DNA of 64,000 nucleotides. Source: an uncultured Desulfurococcaceae archaeon (GTDB lineage: Archaea; Thermoproteota; Thermoprotei_A; Sulfolobales; NBVN01). A program made the translations under genes and the position numbers. The notes beneath the pieces were generated by a model, which was not told the DNA's origin, ran no database searches, and saw only the letters and a program-made list of their open reading frames with translations. Within the stretch, counting starts at the first letter, position 1. Each line of letters starts with the position of its first letter. Location of the stretch: NCBI GenBank assembly GCA_964655125.1, contig CAZZLT010000012.1:8076-72075 (forward strand), written 5' to 3'. Below, in pieces: positions 1 to 9,513 of this stretch.

Positions 1-635
1 TCCTCAGGTAATTCATTATTCACGTTAACACCAACACCTACTAAGACGTAGTTAACTCTATCAGCTTCTAACCTAGCCTCAATCAACACACCACATAACT
101 TCCTACCACTTAATAACACGTCATTAGGCCACTTAACACTAACATCTAAGTTGTAGAGTTCTTTAAGAGTCTTAACTACTGAGGTACCGGCTATGAGGGT
201 TAGTAGTTGTAGTGATTTAATCATCTTAGGCTTAAGTACTATAGTGAACCAGAGACCACCCCTACCAGCAACCCATTTCCTACCTAACCTACCCCTACCA
301 TAACTCATCTCCTCACAAATAACTACAGTACCTTCAGGAGCTCCCTGACTAGCTAACATGTCTGCAATGTCTTGAGTTGATGTACATATGTCTAAGTAGT
401 GGATATTCATGTTCTTTAAGACCTTACTAACATGTCTAACATCATCAACGACCTCAACCCTATAACCTAACTTAGGGTTTACCTCAATCACAAACCCATA
501 ACTCACTAATTCCTTAACAACCCTACTAACTGAAGCTTTAGAAATACTTAATTCTGAAGCAATCCTAGAACTACTTACGAAACCCTCACTCCTCATAAGT
601 AATTCTAAAACCTTCTTATGAACCTCCCCTAACAA
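1..635 (-). CDS. birA: Biotin--protein ligase / biotin repressor BirA (N-terminal wHTH + ligase core); C-terminal part lies beyond the window edge
   Basis: Not in the ORF track because the window edge truncates it. My minus-strand translation from TTG at 635-633 gives LLGEVHKKVLELLMRSEGFVSSSRIASELSISKASVSRVVKELVSYGF (HTH), then GRGRLGRKWVAGRGGLWFTIVL, then KWPNDVLLSGRKLCGVLIE. These carry the GRGRxGRxW and KWPND signatures of BirA. It lies immediately downstream of the biotin ECF transporter genes. Confidence 0.8.
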   Translation of the reverse strand, partial: MLGEVHKKVLELLMRSEGFVSSSRIASELSISKASVSRVVKELVSYGFVIEVNPKLGYRVEVVDDVRHVSKVLKNMNIHYLDICTSTQDIADMLASQGAPEGTVVICEEMSYGRGRLGRKWVAGRGGLWFTIVLKPKMIKSLQLLTLIAGTSVVKTLKELYNLDVSVKWPNDVLLSGRKLCGVLIEARLEADRVNYVLVGVGVNVNNELPE

Positions 636-1274
636 CTAACCACCTAACCTCTTAAGTACTGACCTATACCTACAGTATATAGCTTCCCCCATATCTAAAA
701 CCCTAACTATAAATGACTGTATAAATGCTTGAGTTACTAACTTAATAAGTATTAACTTACGTTTAAACCCCTTACTAACAATACCTAAGTTAACGTTATA
801 TATTGAGGTAATATCATTAAGTGTAGTTATACCTAAGTTAATGATCCTAAACCCTAAAATCAATATTAGTACTGGTTTAAGTCCTAAGTACTTAACCATG
901 CTTAGTAAGTCCTTAAACGTGATTAACTTAATAAGTGTTATGGAGAGTATGTAGAGTAAGAACATCTTCAAGGTAGATAGTATAATCCTACTAACATCGA
1001 GTAGGTCTAGGAATAACTGTATAGTTAGTGATGACGTTATGAATGGGAGTATAAATAATGTAAATACCTTCATAGTCAGTATGAAATCCCTTAAACACCT
1101 CATAATGTAAATTATAACTACTATAGCTAAGGCAGTCGCTATAAGTGTTAACGAGTCTAACAATGTAACCACTATAATCAGTATTAGTAGTGAGGTAATG
1201 ACTACTAACTTATACTTAATTAGGTATTCCTTAGTTAGTAACTCCTTAACATCATTGATTAACGTCATGATCAA
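636..1274 (-). CDS. ECF transporter transmembrane T component (EcfT/BioN/CbiQ-like)
   Basis: 212-aa polytopic membrane protein. It overlaps the upstream ATPase gene by 23 nt and sits in the bioY-ATPase-T order of bioYMN-type modules. Confidence 0.55.
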   Translation of the reverse strand: MIMTLINDVKELLTKEYLIKYKLVVITSLLILIIVVTLLDSLTLIATALAIVVIIYIMRCLRDFILTMKVFTLFILPFITSSLTIQLFLDLLDVSRIILSTLKMFLLYILSITLIKLITFKDLLSMVKYLGLKPVLILILGFRIINLGITTLNDITSIYNVNLGIVSKGFKRKLILIKLVTQAFIQSFIVRVLDMGEAIYCRYRSVLKRLGG

Positions 1275-2490
1275 ACCCTAAAGTTAATGAGTTATCTACT
1301 AACTCCTTAATACCCTCATTATGTGTTGCTAATACTACAGACCTACTACCTCTAAAGACATCTAAAAACCACTCTAGTACTCCTAATGAAGTACTATCTA
1401 AACCTAATGTAGGTTCATCAATTAGTAATGTTTTTGGTGATGTTATATAGGCTAGAGCTAGTGATAACCTCCTAACCTCACCAACACTTAACGTATACGG
1501 GTTCCTACTACTTAAGTAGTTAATTTTAAATACTTTAAGTACTTCATCAACATCATCATCCCGTCTAAACACCTTAATATACAGGTTTACCTCATCATAA
1601 ACTGAGTTAGTTGTAAACCAGTATATAGGTCTTTGAGGTATGTAGAATATAGGCTTACTAACACTTACATAACCTCTACGGACCTTAAGAATATTAGCTA
1701 ATATCTTAAGTAGTGTTGACTTACCACTACCGTTCCTACCTAAAACACTGAAGACCTCACCACACCTTACAAACATGTTAAGACCTCTGAAGACTTCATA
1801 ACCATCATAATCAAACCATAAGTCCTTAACTACAACACTATATCCGTCAACACTGAAGCGACCTCCCTTACTAATCCTACGTAGTCCTACTTCCTCACTA
1901 CCTAAGCTAATAACTACATCTACGTAATCTCTAATTAATTCAACCCTATGATCTACTAACAATACCGTTAACCCAACCTCACTACATAACCTCCTAATAC
2001 TAGACATCATGTTTATCAATGAGTATTTATCCATATGTGATGTAGGTTCATCAAGTAGTAATAACTTAACACCACTTAACATAGCTGTAGATATCAGTAG
2101 CTTATATAGTTGACCATCAGATAACTCACTCACATACCTATCACTTAAACCTTTAAAATCATCTAACCACCTACCTAAGACTTCAAACTCATCACAAACC
2201 CTAGAACCTAAGAAGAAGGTAGTCATGTCTTGAGGTATGTAAGCTATTAAACCCTCTTTAACAGCTTCTACGGGACTTAAGCCTAGTACCTCGATAAAAC
2301 CATCAACTCTAAACTTCCTATATACGTTAGGTATTAACCCTACTAAGACTTTAAGTAGTGTTGATTTACCGGAACCTGAAGGCCCTCTAACCAATACTAT
2401 AGAGTTAGGACTTACTAGTAAGTTGAAGTTCTTAATTACGTATTCACCGTTTACAGATACGTTTAAATCCTCAACCCTTACAACATACAT
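1252..2490 (-). CDS. ECF/ABC transporter ATPase with two fused ATP-binding cassettes (EcfA1-EcfA2 / BioM-like)
   Basis: Two Walker A motifs (GPSGSGKST, GRNGSGKST). Two signature-like motifs (LSDGQ, LSVGE). Two Walker B motifs (LLLLDEPTS, TLLIDEPTL). Confidence 0.85.
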   Translation of the reverse strand: MYVVRVEDLNVSVNGEYVIKNFNLLVSPNSIVLVRGPSGSGKSTLLKVLVGLIPNVYRKFRVDGFIEVLGLSPVEAVKEGLIAYIPQDMTTFFLGSRVCDEFEVLGRWLDDFKGLSDRYVSELSDGQLYKLLISTAMLSGVKLLLLDEPTSHMDKYSLINMMSSIRRLCSEVGLTVLLVDHRVELIRDYVDVVISLGSEEVGLRRISKGGRFSVDGYSVVVKDLWFDYDGYEVFRGLNMFVRCGEVFSVLGRNGSGKSTLLKILANILKVRRGYVSVSKPIFYIPQRPIYWFTTNSVYDEVNLYIKVFRRDDDVDEVLKVFKINYLSSRNPYTLSVGEVRRLSLALAYITSPKTLLIDEPTLGLDSTSLGVLEWFLDVFRGSRSVVLATHNEGIKELVDNSLTLGFDHDVNQ

Positions 2491-3137
2491 TAAATCTCAA
2501 CACCTTTGAAAGACATTATCTTATGTATGTACTTAGCTAATGTGATTGCTATGACGTGATCCATTAGTAAGTCTTGAGGTATGAATACAAGGACACTAAC
2601 TATGAGTAGGAGTAACATCTTATCACTTACGTGTATATTTAGGTAGTTAGTAATACCTTCAGCCCATGATAGGATTGTTTGAGAACCTAATGCATAGTAT
2701 GTAAATACTATAAACCCTAACGTATATGTAGGTATTACAGCTATGAGGGATAGTGTTAGTAGGGTTATGAAGTCTAACCTACCTATAGACTGTAGTTCCC
2801 TACGTACTATACGTAAGTAAGTCCTGGATAACATACTCATTAAAGGTGCTGAGACTGTAAATCCTAGTATATAACCTCCTGTATATCCTAGGATAACACC
2901 TAAACCACCTCTAAATCCTGAAGCTATTGGTAGTCCTAAGACTATGAGTATTAAGTATATAGTCATTGAGAGAAACGCATACTTAGGCTTAAGTATCAAC
3001 CCAGACAGTACAACACCTACGTTCTGTAGAGTATAGGGTATAGGACCTATAGACACTCTAATCTGTGCTAGTAAACCAGTTAGTACAGCCATAGCTATAG
3101 AAGTAATCACTGATAGGTAGTCTTTAAACTCCATCAT
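2490..3137 (-). CDS. bioY: Biotin transporter S component BioY
   Basis: 215 aa with about 6 TM segments. BioY-like N-terminus (LAQIRVSIGPIPYTLQNVGVVLSGLIL ... GGLGVILGYTGGYILGF). Its stop and the next gene's start share base 2490. Confidence 0.8.
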   Translation of the reverse strand: MMEFKDYLSVITSIAMAVLTGLLAQIRVSIGPIPYTLQNVGVVLSGLILKPKYAFLSMTIYLILIVLGLPIASGFRGGLGVILGYTGGYILGFTVSAPLMSMLSRTYLRIVRRELQSIGRLDFITLLTLSLIAVIPTYTLGFIVFTYYALGSQTILSWAEGITNYLNIHVSDKMLLLLIVSVLVFIPQDLLMDHVIAITLAKYIHKIMSFKGVEI

Positions 3138-3149
3138 GAAATCATTTCA
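3137..3149. promoter_or_regulatory. Perfect 6-1-6 palindrome TGAAAT-C-ATTTCA abutting the bioY start codon; candidate repressor (BirA?) operator
   Basis: Read directly from the sequence. It lies between a TATA-like TTAAATA (minus strand, about 3160-3166) and the bioY ATG (3137-3135). The related decamer CATGAAATGAT recurs at 3191-3201. Confidence 0.25.
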
Positions 3150-3262
3150 AGGTGAAGTATTTAAGTGTTAATGGTGTGGTTAAGGACTTACATGAAATGA
3201 TGTTATGGTGATTAAATTACATGTTTAATAGTTTAGTAAGTAAGGACGTTCTGGAGTAGTTA

Positions 3263-4312
3263 ATGTCTAGTCTTAAGGTAGCTAGGTTATGGACTAAGTT
3301 AGACGGTAGTGTTAGGTGTGGTGTTTGTGAGAATAGGTGTGAGGTCAGTGATGGTTCTACAGGTATTTGCGGTAATTACCTGAATATCGGGGGTACTCTA
3401 TACCACTTAGGTTATGGTAGGTTAAGTGCTGTTGAGAGTAGACCTATTGAGATTAAACCATTATTTCATTACTGGCCTAATAGTACTGCTCTAACGTTCT
3501 CTACTTGGGGATGTAACTTCTACTGTCCTTGGTGTCAGAACTACCACTTAAGTTTTAGGAAGCCTAAAGAATCTGATGAGGTAGTAAGTATTGATGAGTT
3601 GTTAAGGATGGCTAAGGTATTCGGTGATGAGGGTTTCTCAGCAAGTTTTAACGAACCTACAGTAAATTACGACTACATCCTAGACCTAACATCTAGAGCT
3701 GTTAAGGATGGTTTCTACGTGATGATGGTTACTAACGGGTACTTAACTAAGGAGGCTTTAGAAGAGTTAGTACTAGCTGGTGTTGATGGTTGGAGTATAG
3801 ATATTAAGGGCTGTCCACAGATGAGGAAGGCATTACCTAAGGTAGACCATACAGTAGTGTTTAGGAATGCTAAGACTATCCTAGACTTAGGAGGTCATGT
3901 AGAGATGGTGTATCTAGTAGTTACTAATACTAACGACTTTAACGAATGTGTTGACTGGGTAATAGATAATCATTTAAAGTTCTTAGGTCCTAAAACACCA
4001 CTACATATTAATAGGTATTACCCAGCACATATGTGGAGGGAGCCTCCAACACCTACTGATAAGTTGTTAAGGATTGCTAATGAGGCTAGGAAGGCAGGTA
4101 TTGAGTTCGTATATGTTGGTAACATACATAACCCTGATTTAGAATCTACTAAATGCCCTAAATGTGGTAAGGTGTTGATTGTGAGGGATAGTTATAGAGT
4201 TACTGAGTTCTACTTAGATAGTAGTTGTGGTAGGTGGAGATGTCCTAGATGTGGTTATGAAGTACCTATTAGAGGTCGTTACATACCTCATAAGAAGTAC
4301 TACTTCCTCTGA
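3263..4312 (+). CDS. AmmeMemoRadiSam-system-type radical SAM enzyme (PflA-like activase family)
   Basis: N-terminal Cys cluster (RCGVCENRC...GICGNY), IEIKPL motif and CxxxCxxC radical SAM motif (GCNFYCPWCQN). C-terminal zinc ribbon (CPKCG...CPRCG). Confidence 0.75.
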   Translation: MSSLKVARLWTKLDGSVRCGVCENRCEVSDGSTGICGNYLNIGGTLYHLGYGRLSAVESRPIEIKPLFHYWPNSTALTFSTWGCNFYCPWCQNYHLSFRKPKESDEVVSIDELLRMAKVFGDEGFSASFNEPTVNYDYILDLTSRAVKDGFYVMMVTNGYLTKEALEELVLAGVDGWSIDIKGCPQMRKALPKVDHTVVFRNAKTILDLGGHVEMVYLVVTNTNDFNECVDWVIDNHLKFLGPKTPLHINRYYPAHMWREPPTPTDKLLRIANEARKAGIEFVYVGNIHNPDLESTKCPKCGKVLIVRDSYRVTEFYLDSSCGRWRCPRCGYEVPIRGRYIPHKKYYFL

Positions 4313-4728
4313 GTTACTGTAGTTGAGGTCTCTACATAGTTATCCCTACCCTCAAAAACCTTCACTACTACCCCTACCTCCATGTTCAGAGACTTAAAAA
4401 CAGTTACTAACTCATCAAGTATACTCATAGCTATAGCTTCAGCAGTTGCCTGCGGATACTCCAGAATTACTAACTTAACCTTGAATGGTCCCTTAATATC
4501 CAACTCCTCTAAATCCTTCTTAGGAACTATTAATGAGTACCTATACCTCTCCACGATATTCTCAACTAACTCCTTAAGCTTCAGGAAGTCTACAACCATG
4601 AAGTCCTCACGTAACCCACCCTCAACACATACAGATACCGTGAATGTATGGCCGTGGAGTTGTGATACGTTATTAACTGGTGTGTAGTGTGCAGCTTCGA
4701 AAACTACGTTACCAACACATACCCTCAT
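4300..4728 (-). CDS. 6-pyruvoyl-tetrahydropterin synthase / QueD-family protein
   Basis: 142 aa. FEAAHY...QLHGHTFTVSV matches the PTPS/QueD His-triad region. The Cys that precedes HGH in QueD is absent (NVSQLHGH). Confidence 0.7.
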   Translation of the reverse strand: MRVCVGNVVFEAAHYTPVNNVSQLHGHTFTVSVCVEGGLREDFMVVDFLKLKELVENIVERYRYSLIVPKKDLEELDIKGPFKVKLVILEYPQATAEAIAMSILDELVTVFKSLNMEVGVVVKVFEGRDNYVETSTTVTQRK

Positions 4729-4793
4729 ATAATCACCAGTATAGACTCTTCAGTATTTAACTTAAGCTTAACTCTAGATCTTCAGGGATTGAA

Positions 4794-5921
4794 TTGAGTG
4801 TTGAGGAGTTGTTAGAATTCTTGAGGAGGTTGAGGTCTGAAGACCCGAGTTATGTTAGGGGTGAGGTATTAGGTTCTATGACTACTGAACCGCTTAAGCA
4901 TTTATTAGAAGCTTACAACATCTTCGTAAACACTAACTTAAACGATCCTACACTCTTCAGGAATACGTATAGGCTTGAGTTAGAATGTGTTGAGTGGCTT
5001 TCTAAGTTAATGTATGGTGGTGGGTACGGATTACTAACCTACGGTGGTACTGAGTCTAACTTAACAGCACTCTACATACTACGTGAGTTTAGTGGTGGTG
5101 ATACAGTCATAGCACCTAAGACTGCACATGTAAGTATTAAGAAGGCGTGTAGGGTCTTAAAACTTAACCTCGTTGAGGTAGGTGTTGATGAGGACTACAT
5201 ACCTGATATTGAGGGGTTATGCAGCACTATACGTAGGTATGAGGGTAGGGTAGCGTGTGTGGTTATGACTGCAGGAACTACAGACTTAGGTATTGTAGAA
5301 CCTGTAGATAAGTTAGTAAGTACTTGCGGTGATGTTAACTACGTAGTTCATGTAGATGCTGCTTACGGGGGCTTAATAACTCAATTCATAAATGATTTAG
5401 ACCCTAACATACCTGTATATGATTTCAGGTTAAGTAAGGTCTACACAATAACTGTAGACCTACATAAGATCTTCACACCTATCCCCTGTAGTGCTTTACT
5501 ACTACGTAGTAAGGAGTTAGAGGAATTCATAATGTTTGAAGCACCTTACATGCCTTTAGGTAAGCAGAGGAGTTTACTAGGTACTAGGACTGGAGGTATA
5601 GCTGCTACTGCATGGCTAGCTATTAAGTCTTTAGGTTATGAAGGATTTAAACAATTAGTTCATGAACTAGTTAAGAGGGCTGACTACTTAAGTAGTAGGT
5701 TAGTTGATTTAGGTGTTGAGGTCTTAAGAAGGCATAGACTACCTATAGTTACGTTCAGGGTTAGTAATGCTCGAGATGTTATGAGGAGGTTATGGGGTCT
5801 ACGTATGTATTTATACCCAACATCAATACCTAACACTTTAAGAGTTGTTGTAGGTCCTCACATAACATATGAAGTTATAGATAGGTTTGTAGGTGTTCTA
5901 GCTAAGGTTTTAAATAAGTAG
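4794..5921 (+). CDS. mfnA: PLP-dependent L-tyrosine/L-aspartate decarboxylase (MfnA-type)
   Basis: 375 aa. MfnA-like N-terminus (SEDPSYVRGEVLGSMTTEP), TYGGTESNL, HVDAAYGG, and PLP-lysine context VDLHKIF. Confidence 0.75.
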   Translation: MSVEELLEFLRRLRSEDPSYVRGEVLGSMTTEPLKHLLEAYNIFVNTNLNDPTLFRNTYRLELECVEWLSKLMYGGGYGLLTYGGTESNLTALYILREFSGGDTVIAPKTAHVSIKKACRVLKLNLVEVGVDEDYIPDIEGLCSTIRRYEGRVACVVMTAGTTDLGIVEPVDKLVSTCGDVNYVVHVDAAYGGLITQFINDLDPNIPVYDFRLSKVYTITVDLHKIFTPIPCSALLLRSKELEEFIMFEAPYMPLGKQRSLLGTRTGGIAATAWLAIKSLGYEGFKQLVHELVKRADYLSSRLVDLGVEVLRRHRLPIVTFRVSNARDVMRRLWGLRMYLYPTSIPNTLRVVVGPHITYEVIDRFVGVLAKVLNK

Positions 5922-7607
5922 TGTTGTTAATGGTGTTAAGTTCATCACGAATATAGTTATTGGTAGGTACTTAATCACTAACTTACCCAGTATATCGAGA
6001 CCTCTAACCATATCCCAGACCTTACTACCGAATAGTTTAATGTCTTTAATTACGATGTCTGCTGTACGTATTGTAGCACTACTTAAGTTATCCATAGCAC
6101 TCACTACTACGTCCTTAACAACATTAACTAAGTCCTCACTATAACCCACTATATCGTATGGTGATTCCTTAAACGATGCTGCACAACTATGATCGTCTGG
6201 AGTTACTACCTCCACGTAATCAAATCCTAACTTAGATATCTCAGAAGTTAGTAACTTCCTGAAGTTTAAGTCCATGTTATTACCGTATATGTATATCAAC
6301 ACATGTTTAGAGTTGTTGAAGTTCATGACTAACGCCTTAACCTTACCGTAACATACACCCCTACACATACTGCTTAAGTAATCCTCACCATAACCTACCT
6401 GAAACCCTACCACCTCATCACATCTATAGTTGTTTAAGACCTCACCTAAGAGTTCCTTAAACACTTTTAAGTCGTAGTCATTACTACCTTTAGAACTATG
6501 CGTATCTACCAACGCATTCACATACGTGTTATTACTGTTGAGTAGTTCCCAGACCTCGTAGGGTAGGTCATCACAACCTCTATCTAAGTTCTTAACGAAT
6601 GTTATTAGGCCTGTCTGGAACGGTATCACATATGCTTCCCAACCATTAGTCCTCACAACATATGGTCTACACGGCTTAACATCCGCCACCATATTAACTA
6701 AACCGTCTACGTAGTTATTCACATACCTAATTAACTCCTCAACATCTTCAGAACTAACTAAGTTCCTCTCATGAGATCCTGGTGTGTGGAATACTAGTAA
6801 GTGATACCTATTACCTAAAACATCCTCTAACCTATATATGAATCTAGAACTACCTATATTCCTGAAAGGTCCGAAATGAATTGTAGGGAATACAAGTAAT
6901 ATGTTATCACCGTTAAATGATTTAAACGTTACGAACCTCATTAAAACTTCCTTACTTTCTGAGTACTTCATGAATTCATACTCGATAGGTTTTGGATCGT
7001 TACTAAACCAACTACCTACGAATGCGTTTATAAGTGATAGTGGTTTAATACCTAGTGTTGACCTCCCCTTAAACTCTATAGCTGTTAAGGTCATTAAAGC
7101 TACTGTAAGTGTTAGTGCTTGTACTATAACTGCGTTAGCTATGTATGTGATTACATCAACACCTAATACGTTATTCAGTACTAAGTAAGTGATTAGTTGA
7201 GGTATTGTAGATGCTGTTAGAGCACGTATGTAGTTTAAGAAAGCTGGTAATACTATATATGAGAGTCCTGAGGATGCAAGTATTCCTAAACCCTTAACAC
7301 CTAATAACTTAGTGAATACTACCTCAGCTACTGAGAAGGTAGTTATTAACACTGTAGTAAGTCCTAAAACCCTCTTAGTATTTAACGTCTTCGACTTCAT
7401 AAGTATTAGATTAAGTATTAAGAATGTTGTAGAACCCTTCAAGTAGTTGAGGATGTTCTCAAAATACGTTACTACATCCTTAGAAGGTATTACCTCAATC
7501 ACAGCTACTGACGTAGTTATTAGTAGGTATGTAGCGAGTATTACGTATGTCTTAGGTAGTAGGAACAACCTCCTATAATACTTCCTCACTATATACTCGT
7601 TATCCAT
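5910..7607 (-). CDS. Archaeal membrane protein with large soluble C-terminal domain (DUF2070-like)
   Basis: 565 aa. About 6 N-terminal TM helices are followed by a roughly 370-aa soluble domain. The family assignment is from memory of the architecture only. Confidence 0.35.
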   Translation of the reverse strand: MDNEYIVRKYYRRLFLLPKTYVILATYLLITTSVAVIEVIPSKDVVTYFENILNYLKGSTTFLILNLILMKSKTLNTKRVLGLTTVLITTFSVAEVVFTKLLGVKGLGILASSGLSYIVLPAFLNYIRALTASTIPQLITYLVLNNVLGVDVITYIANAVIVQALTLTVALMTLTAIEFKGRSTLGIKPLSLINAFVGSWFSNDPKPIEYEFMKYSESKEVLMRFVTFKSFNGDNILLVFPTIHFGPFRNIGSSRFIYRLEDVLGNRYHLLVFHTPGSHERNLVSSEDVEELIRYVNNYVDGLVNMVADVKPCRPYVVRTNGWEAYVIPFQTGLITFVKNLDRGCDDLPYEVWELLNSNNTYVNALVDTHSSKGSNDYDLKVFKELLGEVLNNYRCDEVVGFQVGYGEDYLSSMCRGVCYGKVKALVMNFNNSKHVLIYIYGNNMDLNFRKLLTSEISKLGFDYVEVVTPDDHSCAASFKESPYDIVGYSEDLVNVVKDVVVSAMDNLSSATIRTADIVIKDIKLFGSKVWDMVRGLDILGKLVIKYLPITIFVMNLTPLTTLLI

Positions 7608-7638
7608 CTCAGTACTACCACATCATGACTACTAGGGA

Positions 7639-8484
7639 TTAATAAACTATACGTTTATATGTCTTTAAGACTTTATAACTGATTAAGTCAACCTCATCCT
7701 TAGTAAACCATGGAGTACTACCCCTAAGTCTTAAAGTTGCTGCTGTAGATGCTTTAGCAATAGCTATTACTAAGTCCTCACCCCTTACTAAGTACTCGTA
7801 AGTCAGTACTGCTGTGAAGACATCACCAGAACCTATAGTAGGTCCGTAAATATATTGTAACGGTTCTAACATACCTAACACACCCTTACTTACGAAGTAT
7901 ATAGGTCGTGAACCGTTAGTGATTATTAAGACTACATCATCGTTAGGTACACAGTTAACTACTTTAGAACCCCTACACATGGGTGGGAACTCATACTCCT
8001 CACCCCTAATCACTAACTCCCTACACTCCAGTTTAAGTAATTCCCAGAACCTTGAGTAATCATTAAATACTACACCACGTTCATCAACACTCCTCACAAA
8101 CCCTTGAACATCTATGACTACCTCTCTACCTCTAACTAACTCCTTAATAATTTTTAACGGGACCTCATCCATAGTTAATGATATTAGTAGGTAATTACTT
8201 AAGTAGTTACCTACATCAGTTAAGTCGATAAAGGACTTACTAATAAGTTTTAAAGTCCTACCATCACTTAACTCAATATTAAATACAGTCTCACCAATAC
8301 CTAAACCAACAACATCAACACCTAACCTCCTTAAGTAACAGTATGTAACACCCTTACTAGTTAAGACTCTAAACTCATCAAATCCTAAGTACTTCAGAGC
8401 TTGTGAGCAGTATAGTGCAGGACCTCCAGGGAATTCCTTACTACTTATTAAGTCCTTAGTAGATGCTAGGATAGCGGTTAACAC
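7639..8484 (-). CDS. PfkB/ribokinase-family carbohydrate or nucleoside kinase
   Basis: N-terminal GGPALYCSQALKYLG and C-terminal PfkB signature GSGDVFTAVLTYEYL. Confidence 0.6.
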   Translation of the reverse strand: MLTAILASTKDLISSKEFPGGPALYCSQALKYLGFDEFRVLTSKGVTYCYLRRLGVDVVGLGIGETVFNIELSDGRTLKLISKSFIDLTDVGNYLSNYLLISLTMDEVPLKIIKELVRGREVVIDVQGFVRSVDERGVVFNDYSRFWELLKLECRELVIRGEEYEFPPMCRGSKVVNCVPNDDVVLIITNGSRPIYFVSKGVLGMLEPLQYIYGPTIGSGDVFTAVLTYEYLVRGEDLVIAIAKASTAATLRLRGSTPWFTKDEVDLISYKVLKTYKRIVY

Positions 8485-8524
8485 TTTAATACCTCCGGAA
8501 TTAGTAATTGATAATATATAGAAG

Positions 8525-9037
8525 TTACTTACTACTTAAGTAATTGATTAAACTCTTAACTAATTTCTCGTGGTACTTCTCCTCCTCAATAACTTCTGAA
8601 AGTATCTCAGTAATTAATGTAGTACTTAACCTACCGATAGAGTCCTTAATTAATGAGTATAGGAATTTAGAGTATGTCTCCTCACCAACGAAGCCCTCAA
8701 TAAATCCAAGACTCTCTAAATACTTCATTAAATCTACACCACTATTAAGATTATTAAGTAATTCCTCAACAGTAACCCAAGCCCTACCGATTAAATCCCT
8801 ACAACTACGTTCAGGTAGTACATCAAGGTTTAAAACACTATATAGAGACTCCATAAGCTTAGCATGATTATAACTCTCTAAAGACAACCACTTAAGTACT
8901 AAGGAGGTAAAAGGATCTTCAACCCTAAGAGATAACCCCTCATAAAGCCTACCAGTAAGTTCTTCAAACTCCTTACAACACCTAAGACCAAGACCTAAAA
9001 CAGCACTTAAACTCATAAACCCACCAGATAATTTCAT
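8525..9037 (-). CDS. Hypothetical protein, possibly a ferritin-like four-helix-bundle protein
   Basis: Two ExxH motifs (LESYNHAKL, EEEKYHEKL) in predicted helices. There is no other support. Confidence 0.3.
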   Translation of the reverse strand: MKLSGGFMSLSAVLGLGLRCCKEFEELTGRLYEGLSLRVEDPFTSLVLKWLSLESYNHAKLMESLYSVLNLDVLPERSCRDLIGRAWVTVEELLNNLNSGVDLMKYLESLGFIEGFVGEETYSKFLYSLIKDSIGRLSTTLITEILSEVIEEEKYHEKLVKSLINYLSSK

Positions 9038-9108
9038 AATTAAAGAATATATACTTAACTACTAAAACATTAAAACTAATAAATCATTTAGAATAAGGAT
9101 TTAATAGA

Positions 9109-9183
9109 GCGGCGGTCGTCTAGTCTGGTTAGGACACCGGCCTCCCAAGCCGGAGATCCCGGGTTCAAATCCCGGCCGCCGCA
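9109..9183 (+). tRNA. tRNA-Gly (anticodon CCC)
   Basis: Hand-folded cloverleaf. Acceptor GCGGCGG/CCGCCGC. D arm GTCT-AGTCTGGTTA-GGAC. Anticodon arm CCGGC-CTCCCAA-GCCGG. Variable loop AGATC. T arm CCGGG-TTCAAAT-CCCGG. Discriminator A. CCA is not encoded. It is a GC-rich island in AT-rich DNA. Confidence 0.9.
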
Positions 9184-9513
9184 TCAAAACTTATTAACTC
9201 CAACGCAGTTCACACTACACATTGGTAGAGATTAAGAGACTTCTTGAAAAGGTATATGGTATTCATAGTTTAAGAAGGGGTTAACATGAGATGTAGACCT
9301 ACTTATAGCATTCACAACAGTAGTGTTTAACTACATTAGTTAAGTACGGTCTTAAGTTAGAGTTTAGAGGATGGTTATAGCTACAACATTTAATAGCTTT
9401 GACTCTAGCTATCTAATACTTATTCCTAAGGTTGAGGGATTGATCCTTAAGTTAGTTAGAAGTTAGTTATGTAGGGGTTGAATACCATATCCTTTTTATC
9501 CAGTCTACTCTAT

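Noticed and set aside
4382-4687. 101-aa plus-strand ORF antisense to the PTPS-like gene. The same pattern applies to the track ORFs at 6901-7188, 8544-8867, 10666-10872, 12273-12524, 18923-19183, 27569-27889, 29086-29397, 30968-31159, 31910-32134, 34670-34969, 35767-35964, 37811-37996, 38180-38365, 39872-40117, 42269-42463, 42961-43293, 46301-46504, 48190-48426, 48499-48729, 53243-53425, 53644-53973, 54256-54477, 60533-60769 and 62188-62529.
   Set aside because: All are embedded antisense in genes with clear family motifs. Their translations are Ser/Leu/Thr/Pro-rich with no recognisable domains. I treated them as shadow ORFs of an AT-rich, stop-poor antisense frame.
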